From IMG/VR virus record IMGVR_UViG_3300029953_000001: a DNA stretch of 64,000 nt; one strand, written 5' to 3'. Position 1 is the first letter of the stretch; every line of letters begins with the position of its first letter. Position numbers and translations under genes: made by a program. Below the pieces are notes generated by a model. That model searched no databases, was not told the origin of the DNA, and saw nothing but the letters and a program-made list of their open reading frames with translations. This document shows positions 1-8,035 of this stretch, piece after piece. Source of the stretch: a virus.

Positions 1-1
1 A

Positions 2-223
2 TTATCCCCTCTTAGTGGGCAAGTGGCTGGTACCGGTAAGGTACAACTCACTGATGGGTCGGGTATAAACACCCACATAGCTGTATTTGACGCTGCGGGA
101 ACTTTGGTTGATGGCGGACCTGTACCCAGCGGTGGTGGTAGCTTAGTTAGTTATGACTGCGGAAATTCCGCCACTTCGGGGAGCAGTTATGTGATTGAAC
201 TGGATATGGGAGCCTCAGCGTAA
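2..223 (+). CDS. Gly/Ser-rich hypothetical protein, 5' partial (frame open to window edge); likely structural, upstream of tail-fibre-like gene
   Basis: ORF 23..223 has GTG at 23 but frame stays open back to position 2; stop overlaps next start (TAATG). Composition GTGKVQLTDGSG..GGG typical of fibre proteins. Confidence 0.35.
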   Translation, partial: LSPLSGQVAGTGKVQLTDGSGINTHIAVFDAAGTLVDGGPVPSGGGSLVSYDCGNSATSGSSYVIELDMGASA

Positions 224-693
224 TGTCGGTCAATGCACGTTTTCAATTCCGTCGAGATACCGCTGCCAATTGGACAGCGAACAACCCCACCCTATTTTCA
301 GGTGAGATGGGGCTTGAAACGGATACGCGATACTTCAAACTGGGGGACGGAGCCACAGCTTGGATAAATCTAGGGTATGTAGGCGTAGGTCCGACTGGGG
401 CAACCGGAGCGAGTGCGGGTAATTTCGGATCATCCACACTAAATTTTGGTACCGGTTGCGGCGGTACGGATACCACAACCGTAGTTACAGGGCAAGCCGG
501 TATTCTTTCAACTTCCAAAATACAGTTATGGGTGGCCGGAGATACAACTACAGACCACTCACCCGATGAGCACTTACTAGCGGGACTTCAGGCAGTCGCT
601 CAGAACATAGTTGTAGGGACAGGATTTACCATTCGGGCGACTTCACAATTTTTTGTAACCGGGCACTTCACCATTCGGTGGGTGTGGAACTAA
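223..693 (+). CDS. Tail-fibre-like protein: N-terminal phage tail-fibre/HylP-type conserved motif followed by collagen-like G-x-x triplets
   Basis: Motif FRRDTAANWTANNPTLFSGEMGLETDTRYFKLGDGATAWINLGY matches the widespread phage tail fibre N-terminal repeat (R-R-x-T-x-A-x-W-x-x-x-N-P-x-L-x-x-GE-x-G-x-E-x-DT-x-x-x-K-x-GDG-x-T-x-W); then GPTGATGASAG collagen-like run. Confidence 0.6.
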   Translation: MSVNARFQFRRDTAANWTANNPTLFSGEMGLETDTRYFKLGDGATAWINLGYVGVGPTGATGASAGNFGSSTLNFGTGCGGTDTTTVVTGQAGILSTSKIQLWVAGDTTTDHSPDEHLLAGLQAVAQNIVVGTGFTIRATSQFFVTGHFTIRWVWN

Positions 694-706
694 GTTAGGA
701 GAACGT

Positions 707-2167
707 ATGCCATTTTCATTGCAAGGCGCAACATCAGGTAACGGAGCCGAGGTAGATACCCTCAATCGGCTGGAGACTGTAAGCCCAAAAACACAAGATG
801 TCAACAGCAACCCCACCAACATTGGCGGGGGCGACAGAATGGTTGTGGAAATTGATGCAGGTACGGTTACTGGGTCGCCAACAATCGTCTCTATCCTCAG
901 CAACGAGTTTCGGCGATTGAAAATCGGGTTGGAGTCTCTCCTCTTTCACGAGATGTTCAACGGTACAGCCATCAACACCTCACAGTGGTCAACAACTCTG
1001 ACGACGTTTACAAACACAGTCGCAGGGGGTAAGAGCGTATTAAACGCGGGTTCATCTGTTGCCACCAGCGCGGTTGCCGCAGTAAAGAGCTATAGGACGA
1101 TGCCTCTGTACTCGGGTTTTCCTACCATATTTGAAGCTGTGGCCTCGTATCAAGCCGCTATCTCTATCGTGCCAAACAATACCACTGAAATTGGACTGGG
1201 TTACACAGCTACAAACGCAGCACCTACGGATGGTGTGTTCTTTCGTTGGAACAACGCCGGAAACTTCGTTTGTGTTGTCAACTATGGAGGCACCGAAACT
1301 ATATCGTCCCCGTTGACCCCTCCTGTTCCAAACGACTCCCATGTATTTCGCATTGTTGTGGGGAGGCTGTATTGTTCCTTCTGGGTTGATGGCATCATGC
1401 AAGCGTATATAGCAACTCCCGCAGGAGCGGGGCTTCCTGTACAGACTCAAAATCTTCCGGTGTCCCTGCGCACCTACAACTCCACGACAAGCAGCCCCGT
1501 TTCGGCTGTACAGTTGGCCGTCTACTCTGTGAGTTGTTATTTGGGCGATCAAGACGTCAGCCGTTCGTACGAACTCGCCATGGCAGGTTTGGGTGCGAAC
1601 TCAATACAGGGTCAAACAAGTGGCACCGTTGGTACTACAGCTAACCATGCAAACTCGACAGCGGCCACAGCGGCAACCTTGTCAAACACCACGGCGGGTT
1701 ACGCAAAGCTTGGGGGTAAATTCCTCTTCTCCACCGTTGCAGGGGCTGTTACAGACTACGCCTTGTTTGCCTTTCAGGTTCCAGCGGCATCGGCAAACAC
1801 CCCCGGTAAGACTCTGTACATACGTGGGGTTCATGTTTCATCCATGAACATAGGAGCCGCCGTCGCCACTACAGCTACTGTGTTGCAGTGGGGTATCGGA
1901 GTAGGTGCTACGGCTGTCTCTTTGGCTACGGCTGAAGCGGCGACAACCAAGGCTCCTCGTGTGATTGACCTTGGATTACAGACCTTCCCAATTGGTGCTG
2001 CTATTGGGGCTATGCCTCAGAACGGTGACCTTGATGTCCAGTTTCCGTACCCGCTGATGTGTGAGGCTGGAAACTATGTTCACATCATCCTCTCCCTGCC
2101 TATTGGCACCGCAACCGCTTCTCAGCAAATTCAGGGTACTGTAGTGGTAAACGGAATGTTCGAGTAA
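707..2167 (+). CDS. Putative tail fibre / receptor-binding structural protein (486 aa, Ser/Thr/Ala/Gly-rich)
   Basis: Immediately follows tail-fibre-like gene in same orientation; beta-rich low-complexity composition; RBS-like GGAGAA before ATG; ends at strong hairpin terminator. Confidence 0.5.
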   Translation: MPFSLQGATSGNGAEVDTLNRLETVSPKTQDVNSNPTNIGGGDRMVVEIDAGTVTGSPTIVSILSNEFRRLKIGLESLLFHEMFNGTAINTSQWSTTLTTFTNTVAGGKSVLNAGSSVATSAVAAVKSYRTMPLYSGFPTIFEAVASYQAAISIVPNNTTEIGLGYTATNAAPTDGVFFRWNNAGNFVCVVNYGGTETISSPLTPPVPNDSHVFRIVVGRLYCSFWVDGIMQAYIATPAGAGLPVQTQNLPVSLRTYNSTTSSPVSAVQLAVYSVSCYLGDQDVSRSYELAMAGLGANSIQGQTSGTVGTTANHANSTAATAATLSNTTAGYAKLGGKFLFSTVAGAVTDYALFAFQVPAASANTPGKTLYIRGVHVSSMNIGAAVATTATVLQWGIGVGATAVSLATAEAATTKAPRVIDLGLQTFPIGAAIGAMPQNGDLDVQFPYPLMCEAGNYVHIILSLPIGTATASQQIQGTVVVNGMFE

Positions 2168-2189
2168 CCTCACCGCATCTCGTAACAGC

Positions 2190-2216
2190 TAAAGGGGCAC
2201 CTTATAGGTGCCCCTT
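2190..2216. terminator. Bidirectional rho-independent terminator hairpin (AAGGGGCACC-TTAT-AGGTGCCCCTT) between convergent genes
   Basis: Perfect 10-bp GC-rich stem with 4-nt loop seen in sequence directly after stop of 707..2167 and after stop of 2223..2537. Confidence 0.65.
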
Positions 2217-2222
2217 CTAAGC

Positions 2223-2537
2223 TTAAATAACCAATTTCCGTATCTCCCGGTACTCCAATAGACGTTGACGCTCCCGGTCGAACTTGAGTCCATGGGCCTC
2301 ACCCGTCTTGATGTGAATCATTTCGTGAAGTAAAGTACACTTGCATATAGCCCTCCAACCCCCCACAAAGGGGTTGATCCTGATCCTCCATATACCCTCA
2401 TCTTCCAAGTAGAGGCAGTCCCCCATGGTTGCACCACCAAGAGCCTCCCACCATACCTTAGCATCAGGCAACTCACTGTTGAAATACTTGCGATTGAAAG
2501 TGTTGTAGTAAGTTTTAAGCTGACGGTCAGATGGCAT
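2223..2537 (-). CDS. SprT-like zinc metallopeptidase domain protein
   Basis: HExxH motif in context CTLLHEMIHIKTGEAHG with preceding W/G-rich region resembling SprT/Wss1-like fold (from memory of family signature). Confidence 0.5.
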   Translation of the reverse strand: MPSDRQLKTYYNTFNRKYFNSELPDAKVWWEALGGATMGDCLYLEDEGIWRIRINPFVGGWRAICKCTLLHEMIHIKTGEAHGLKFDRERQRLLEYREIRKLVI

Positions 2538-2587
2538 TGTCCCTGCTCCTCGGCGTATAAGTGTTACTACCGAAGAATTGAGTAACT

Positions 2588-3685
2588 CTATGACTGCATC
2601 GACTGGAGAGCTTTCAGATAAGCTAACCCCGAACTTTTCGCAGTCATGGTGGGATTTCCTCTGTTGATAAATACGTCGGCTGGGGATTCGTCTGGGACAA
2701 ACCGGTCGTGGCTGGGGGAGTTGATAATTCCAGTGTTGTTGGAAATTTTCCCTCTGTAGTCCTCTGCCACGCTAATAGCCTTAGCCGGGATGTCCCGCAG
2801 GTAAGCAACCTGACCCGTCAAGTGCAAACTGACCGGCCATTCGCAGTACGCCCAGCTACTGTCGTCAAAGGCGTCACCAAATATAGTTTGAAGCTGAGCC
2901 TTCTCCTCATCCGGCAATTCATCGAACATAACCGGGAAGTCTGCATCGTCAGGGCGGAGGTCAGCCTTGTTCAGAAACTTGGTTGCGATTGCCAACGTGA
3001 CCTTGCCTGATTCTCTCTCGCCAGCTTCGTAGTGGTCGGGGTAGTTTCCGGTCATGTGCTTGTCGATAGCCAAGTAGACTGCACCACCGTCCCATTCGTT
3101 ATGGGACGAGGACTTGTCTGTCATCAGACCGTTGGCGAGGATGTCTTGCACCTTGGCCCCTACTGTACCGTGATAGAGATACGCTGGCAGCGTGTACCGC
3201 TTGTCAGCCGCAGTCTTCGGTGCGGGGTTCTCACCCTCGTTTTCTACCTGATTTTTTTCAATGGCATCGAAGGCGTAGTCGAAGGGGACTTCGAAGACCT
3301 CACCTACTCGGGAATCTTCCCAGTCATCGGGGTAGTGGGCTAGGTACATCTCAAAAGCAGAGTCCATGTCAGGGAACCCTAAAAGACACTTGTACTCGTC
3401 AAATTCCCCCTCGTCATCTAGCTGCTCCACGACGTACACATGGTCGGACTCCGTGTCCGGTCCTATGTAAACGTCAAGACCCTCGCCATCCCCAGCGGCC
3501 CTAGTTTCAGGTACAAACCCGTAATCACAAAGCATGGTTCTCTTCCATCCCTTGCCGTTATTATCCTTACCGGTGCGTACACTACCTTTCGGCCACTCAA
3601 GTACGATAGGTATTCCTCGGAATTCAGATGAGTGCATCTGAGGGAGTTTCTCGGCTCTGCGGAGGAATTTGGACTTGAAATTCAT
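2588..3685 (-). CDS. Two-domain protein: N-terminal family-I inorganic pyrophosphatase-like domain fused to C-terminal Tpt1/KptA-like (ADP-ribosyltransferase fold) domain
   Basis: N-term GIPIVLEWPKGS...MLCDYGFVPETRAAGDGEGLDVYIG matches PPase signature (xIEIPkgs..; NYGFIPqT; DGDPLDVlV). C-term YLYHGTVGAKVQDILANGL...GGAVYLAIDKH resembles KptA C-lobe FLYHGTASRFLDEIKKQGL...RHYVHLSAD (H-G-T...Y of ART fold). Confidence 0.55.
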   Translation of the reverse strand: MNFKSKFLRRAEKLPQMHSSEFRGIPIVLEWPKGSVRTGKDNNGKGWKRTMLCDYGFVPETRAAGDGEGLDVYIGPDTESDHVYVVEQLDDEGEFDEYKCLLGFPDMDSAFEMYLAHYPDDWEDSRVGEVFEVPFDYAFDAIEKNQVENEGENPAPKTAADKRYTLPAYLYHGTVGAKVQDILANGLMTDKSSSHNEWDGGAVYLAIDKHMTGNYPDHYEAGERESGKVTLAIATKFLNKADLRPDDADFPVMFDELPDEEKAQLQTIFGDAFDDSSWAYCEWPVSLHLTGQVAYLRDIPAKAISVAEDYRGKISNNTGIINSPSHDRFVPDESPADVFINRGNPTMTAKSSGLAYLKALQSMQS

Positions 3686-3810
3686 AAATGCCCTTGGTTA
3701 AAACAGAGTTAGGTGTGTCTCTACATTGGATTTCAGAGTCGAGAAATTGAAAACCTTCGTATTATCAGTCAATGGGTTCAGTGTATGAGTCCAGCCACAA
3801 AGAGTGAACT

Positions 3811-5208
3811 ATGAAGTTCACTAATGACGCGCACCGCGTAGTTACTTATATGCGCCATGTACGCGCACACGATGTTTGGAGGAAGACGCGATTGGCAACT
3901 AAAAAGAAAGACTCAAAGAAGCCCACAACGCCAGCCGATGCTGAGCCTAAACTTACTCAGAACCAGAGAGCTATGCTCTCGGAGCGTGGTAAGAAGTACG
4001 ACCCTGATGCAACCAAGGAAGACTGCATCAACGACCTGCGCGGTGTCCAGAAGGCAAACCCGGATAACTTCATCAGCCGTAACTTCTATCGGGTGACCGG
4101 TCGTTATTCTGAGAAAACTTGGAACCGGTACTTTGGTACCATGGAGGAGTTTCGTTCAGAAGCTGGCCTCCAGCTAAGCCGCAGTCAGCGACACCTTGAG
4201 AAGCACATCGCGAAGCACGCCTCCTTGGATGAGGCTCGTAAGTTCTACCGGGAGGAGATTGAGCCGTGGGTCGAAAAGTTCCCCAAGGCCAATCAAGCCA
4301 AACCGGGAATGAAGAAGATGGTTATCGCTTCGGACTTCCACGACATTGATGTAGACTTGTTCGTCCTCTCGGTCTTCCTTGACACTTGTCGAGTCGAGCA
4401 GCCGGACATCATTGTTCTGAACGGTGACATCTTCGACCTGTACGAGTTCTCCCACTTCGACCGTGACCCCCGTAAAATCAACATGAAGCTCCGTATGGAC
4501 TTTGTGCGTGAGAACATTTTCGCCCCCTTACGTAAGTATTGTCCCAACGCTCAGATTGACCTTATCATCGGAAACCACGAGCTTCGCATCCTGAAGCACA
4601 TGGCCTCCCGTACGGAGAACATGGCGGCGTTGATGGACTTCATGGGTCTGGACTTGGCGGCTCTGTTCGGCTTGCCCAAGTACGAAATCAACCTTGTCTC
4701 CAAAGGAAATACGGCAGCGTATCAGACCAAGGAAATCAAGGAAGAGATGGCGAAGAACTTCAAGCTGTACTTTAACTGCTTGGTTTGCAACCATACTGGT
4801 TACGAGAGCTTTGGCGTGACTACGGTAAGCGGACACACTCACCGGGCGGAGTTGACTTCGGAAGTTCATCTCATCCAAGGTCCCATCAACAAGTTGACCA
4901 CCGGCTGCATGTGCAAGCTGGATGCCGACTATACCAGCACCAAGACCAACTGGCAGAACTCCTTCTGCATCGCCTACATTGACCCCTTCGCAGAGAAGGT
5001 TCAGTTGAATCACGCGATGTTCACGGAGCCGTTCATCAACGTCAACGGTAGGTATTACTACCGCGATTATGAGAGCACGGAGCTTCGTGACTTGCAGTCT
5101 GCTGTTGACCGTATCAAGGAGCAAGAGATTCGCGGCTTCGTTCACAAGGATGAGGGCACCGCAATCGTCGCCGGTCTGAGTAAAGCAAAACGGGCCGGGG
5201 CTATATAG
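3811..5208 (+). CDS. Calcineurin-like metallophosphoesterase (phosphoesterase/nuclease) with basic N-terminal extension
   Basis: All metallophosphoesterase motifs present in order: VIASDFHD (DxH), LNGDIFD (GDxxD), IIGNHE (GNHE), VSGHTHR (GHxH). Confidence 0.85.
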   Translation: MKFTNDAHRVVTYMRHVRAHDVWRKTRLATKKKDSKKPTTPADAEPKLTQNQRAMLSERGKKYDPDATKEDCINDLRGVQKANPDNFISRNFYRVTGRYSEKTWNRYFGTMEEFRSEAGLQLSRSQRHLEKHIAKHASLDEARKFYREEIEPWVEKFPKANQAKPGMKKMVIASDFHDIDVDLFVLSVFLDTCRVEQPDIIVLNGDIFDLYEFSHFDRDPRKINMKLRMDFVRENIFAPLRKYCPNAQIDLIIGNHELRILKHMASRTENMAALMDFMGLDLAALFGLPKYEINLVSKGNTAAYQTKEIKEEMAKNFKLYFNCLVCNHTGYESFGVTTVSGHTHRAELTSEVHLIQGPINKLTTGCMCKLDADYTSTKTNWQNSFCIAYIDPFAEKVQLNHAMFTEPFINVNGRYYYRDYESTELRDLQSAVDRIKEQEIRGFVHKDEGTAIVAGLSKAKRAGAI

Positions 5209-5657
5209 TGCAGGGTCTTACAATCACGCACGGTTACAAGCCTAGTGACATCGACAGAATGTACGAGCTTGAGAAACTGGGCTTCAGCCGAATCTTCCGC
5301 TGGTCTAAAAAGGATTTCGTCTCAGCCATCAAAGACTGCGACGTTATAGCCGGGGTGTACGAGAATGAGATTATGGGGTATGTGCTCGGTGAAGTCCATG
5401 GCGACACCGGGCACATCGTCTCTCTTGTTGTAGACCCAGCCTATCAAGGTAGAGGTTTCGGTAGGATTCTGTTGGAAGAGGTAGAGAAGTTCTACGCTAC
5501 CAAGGACCTGAAGAAAATTAGGCTGGAAGTCCACATTGACAACCCAGCCCAGATGCTCTACTTCAAAGCTGGCTACCGCGTGGCCGGGTTCAAGCCAAAG
5601 TATTACTCCAACGGCTCCCCGGCCATCGCAATGAGCAAGTCTCTCAAGAAGCCTTAG
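5208..5657 (+). CDS. GNAT family N-acetyltransferase
   Basis: Acetyl-CoA binding motif VDPAYQGRGFGRILL (Q/R-x-x-G-x-G/A) in a ~150 aa protein; start overlaps upstream stop (ATAGTG/ATG coupling). Confidence 0.8.
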   Translation: MQGLTITHGYKPSDIDRMYELEKLGFSRIFRWSKKDFVSAIKDCDVIAGVYENEIMGYVLGEVHGDTGHIVSLVVDPAYQGRGFGRILLEEVEKFYATKDLKKIRLEVHIDNPAQMLYFKAGYRVAGFKPKYYSNGSPAIAMSKSLKKP

Positions 5658-6235
5658 TCAAGCTTCATCTCCTTCAACATCCGCTTCGTATCCTTGCAGT
5701 CCCCACACACGGGTTTTCCGCACCACCGCTTTGAATGGTGTTCAGCCAGCTTGTCGTTGTAGTCCCCATACTTCTTCAGGACGTTCTTGGCGAGGCGGAT
5801 GAGACCTTCATCGAAGGTGGAGCCCCCTGTGTCGAGGTCACTGTCGTGGCAGTGGTGGAGCAGAGTGGTATCGTCCCAATCACCCATGGGCTTATTGTCC
5901 CCCGAGTAGGCGTAGCCATAGTAGATGGGGCCGAACTCAAGCCAGCACTCGATGAACTTGTTCTTGCTCTTATCATCGTCCACCCGACCTCCCCTCTCCT
6001 TGTTGACTCTGGCGTAGAAGATGTCAAGATTATGGTCGAGAGCATGACACCACAGATGACGCCAGATGCGATAGCACTTGCCCCCGGTGTCACGGGTGAT
6101 GAGGAAGCCTTCGGCCTCCATCTTGTCAGCTTCCTCAGGTGTGACCTCGGAGCGGTCCTGTACGTTCAGCTTGGGGTGTGAGTAGATAAACCACCAAGCC
6201 TCGAAGCTGTTAGTTATTTTACGTTTTGTCCTCAT
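5654..6235 (-). CDS. Hypothetical protein (193 aa; His/Cys/Trp-rich)
   Basis: Long ORF, overlapping-stop coupling with neighbours; no recognised motif. Confidence 0.5.
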   Translation of the reverse strand: MRTKRKITNSFEAWWFIYSHPKLNVQDRSEVTPEEADKMEAEGFLITRDTGGKCYRIWRHLWCHALDHNLDIFYARVNKERGGRVDDDKSKNKFIECWLEFGPIYYGYAYSGDNKPMGDWDDTTLLHHCHDSDLDTGGSTFDEGLIRLAKNVLKKYGDYNDKLAEHHSKRWCGKPVCGDCKDTKRMLKEMKLD

Positions 6236-6594
6236 GGGTGTCGTCCTTTTCGAGATAGAACAAAGTCAATGTACTGGATGCCGCGACAGTATGCTCCCTG
6301 CTGCTGCACCATATGTTTGCGGGATTTTTGAAGGATGCGAATAGTCTCATCCCGAGCCTCCCGTTTCGTTTTCACGAGCGTGTTGTTGCAAGTGTGGATG
6401 TGACCGGGCTTATCGCCTTCTTCCCTCGGAGGATAGTTAGCCACCCACCAAGGACTGAAAGCGGAGTAGCCTTGTCCTTCGTCACACTCGCCAAGAATTG
6501 TCACAAGGTCGAAGACACCGTACGTCTCGTCCACAAGATAGTAGGCGGTGTCTCCTGTCTTGAGCTTGAGGTCTTCCCGCTGATGTTGAATCAC
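6232..6594 (-). CDS. Hypothetical protein (120 aa)
   Basis: ORF with GTG start overlapping upstream small ORF stop (GTGA). Confidence 0.45.
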   Translation of the reverse strand: MIQHQREDLKLKTGDTAYYLVDETYGVFDLVTILGECDEGQGYSAFSPWWVANYPPREEGDKPGHIHTCNNTLVKTKREARDETIRILQKSRKHMVQQQGAYCRGIQYIDFVLSRKGRHP

Positions 6595-6725
6595 GATGCC
6601 TCCTGACGAGCTTCAGCGATGTCCTTCTTGTTCTTACGGCGAATTTTCTTCCAGAATTTCTTCCGGCCTTTGGGACGAAGATGCTTCGCCCAGTCCACTG
6701 CGATTCCATACTTCGGGGTAGCCAT
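6591..6725 (-). CDS. Small highly basic protein (44 aa, MATPKYGIAVDWAKHLRPKGRKKFWKKIRRKNKKDIAEARQEAS) not in ORF track (<60 aa)
   Basis: ATG preceded by GGAGGA RBS (minus-sense GGAGGACATCATGGCT); stop overlaps next gene start by GTGA; fills the gap between 6232..6594 and 6735..7412. Confidence 0.45.
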   Translation of the reverse strand: MATPKYGIAVDWAKHLRPKGRKKFWKKIRRKNKKDIAEARQEAS

Positions 6726-6734
6726 GATGTCCTC

Positions 6735-7412
6735 CTAATCCCACAACGAATGAAAATTTTTGATAAACAACTCTGCACCCTCTTCAAAAATCTTCTGGTC
6801 ACGGGCTTCGAGAACGGGGAGGGCTGCGGTGCGGTTGTTCTTTACCTTGAGCCAAGCATCAGCGGATACGCCAGAGGGACGGTCAAGCGGGTACTCGCCG
6901 AGTTCTTCCTCGTAGAGACCCTCCTGAAGACGCTTGTTAGCCTCGAACCCGGCAATCATCTTGTCCATGATGATGTTCCAGCGGGTCTCGCCAGCCTTCA
7001 TACCAGCCTCAGAGGGGTTGCCGTGCTCGTCCATGTCCTCAGGCTCAAACATACCCATGGGGACGCCGTGCTTGTCCTTCTTGAGCTTGCGGAGGGCGTC
7101 AGGAAGCCAGCTATTGAGATAGGAATCTAAGCTCCAAACATCCCGGTCTGCCCACCCCCTCCGACCACGCTGGACGAATGCCCGAATGTCGTGGTAAATG
7201 TTGCGGGGGTCGCCGTAGCCATAGTGGAAAAAACGCCAGACAGCATAGTAGGCGTCCACCAGCTTAGAGCGGCGGTTGAAGTCTTCAGAGTTGAAGAGTT
7301 GGAAGTCCCAGAATGGGATGAGTTCGCGGATGTTGGTGTAGTTATCCTTGGTATCCTTACGGATACGCAGAAAGACCAGCACCTTGTGCAGAATGGTGTT
7401 GAGCATAGACAT
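6735..7412 (-). CDS. Hypothetical protein (225 aa)
   Basis: Long ORF with GGAGGA RBS upstream of ATG (minus-sense AGGAGGATTCCAATTCATG); no recognised motif. Confidence 0.55.
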   Translation of the reverse strand: MSMLNTILHKVLVFLRIRKDTKDNYTNIRELIPFWDFQLFNSEDFNRRSKLVDAYYAVWRFFHYGYGDPRNIYHDIRAFVQRGRRGWADRDVWSLDSYLNSWLPDALRKLKKDKHGVPMGMFEPEDMDEHGNPSEAGMKAGETRWNIIMDKMIAGFEANKRLQEGLYEEELGEYPLDRPSGVSADAWLKVKNNRTAALPVLEARDQKIFEEGAELFIKNFHSLWD

Positions 7413-7475
7413 GAATTGGAATCCTCCTTATGGTTTCCTAATGCACTGTCATATGGTCAACCCTCCTTGTGCCAG

Positions 7476-7495
7476 TTGTGTGGCTGGTTTAGTAT
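7476..7495 (+). promoter_or_regulatory. Sigma-70-like promoter-like element (TTGTGTGG-N9-TAGTAT) on plus strand inside ORF-free region
   Basis: Near-identical architecture to TTGTGTGG-N9-TATAAT at 24016..24038; followed within 3 nt by start of 18-bp inverted repeat. Confidence 0.3.
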
Positions 7496-7497
7496 AC

Positions 7498-7621
7498 GGC
7501 TGCAAGAAGTGCCCGTTATCCCCCGGCCTTACTGCCAGTAATCATCCGGGTAGTCAGTTCTCCCACACGCTGTGCAGTCGCTGGGGTTACACCCTAGATA
7601 CTCCGGGCACTTCTTGCAGCC
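7498..7621 (+). ncRNA. Candidate structured non-coding RNA: 18-bp perfect inverted repeat (GGCTGCAAGAAGTGCCCG ... CGGGCACTTCTTGCAGCC) closing an ~88-nt loop; downstream end undefined
   Basis: Seen in sequence: 7498..7515 is the exact reverse complement of 7604..7621; lies in 620-bp region without ORFs >60 aa, directly downstream of promoter-like element. Confidence 0.2.
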
Positions 7622-8035
7622 GGTGGCACCCAAAGACCAACACGTTTACACCGTGCTTAGGATACCCTTATTGAGGGCGTCCGGGCTTACTCAGGACTTA
7701 CGCTCACCGTCTACCTATAATACCCGAAGTTGGAAAAGTTGTATACATCAAAAATGAGGGCGGACAGAGGGGAGGTAAGTCCCACATCCATCCGCCCCCT
7801 GTGAAGGTTTGGGCTAAAATCCTCACTGATAATTTGCAACCCAGTGAGAGCGGCTGACCCGCGTTGGAACTTAATCCTGTGGGGTACAGCACCTTCGTGT
7901 TTCAAGGCAACCCAATTGTTGCCAATCAGTGGCTGTTGTGAGTTTACTTAGTTCCTCCTCACAATTGGCTGGTTCCACCTGACCAACGGTAGCCCAACAC
8001 CACATAAGCCACGAGTTCTATTCGTCGGTTGAAAT

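Noticed and set aside
3811-5208. Calling the metallophosphoesterase a Mre11/SbcD recombination nuclease
   Set aside because: Motifs fit the general calcineurin-like superfamily, but no adjacent SbcC/Rad50-like ATPase exists and the N-terminal 150 aa are atypical. It is kept as a generic phosphoesterase.
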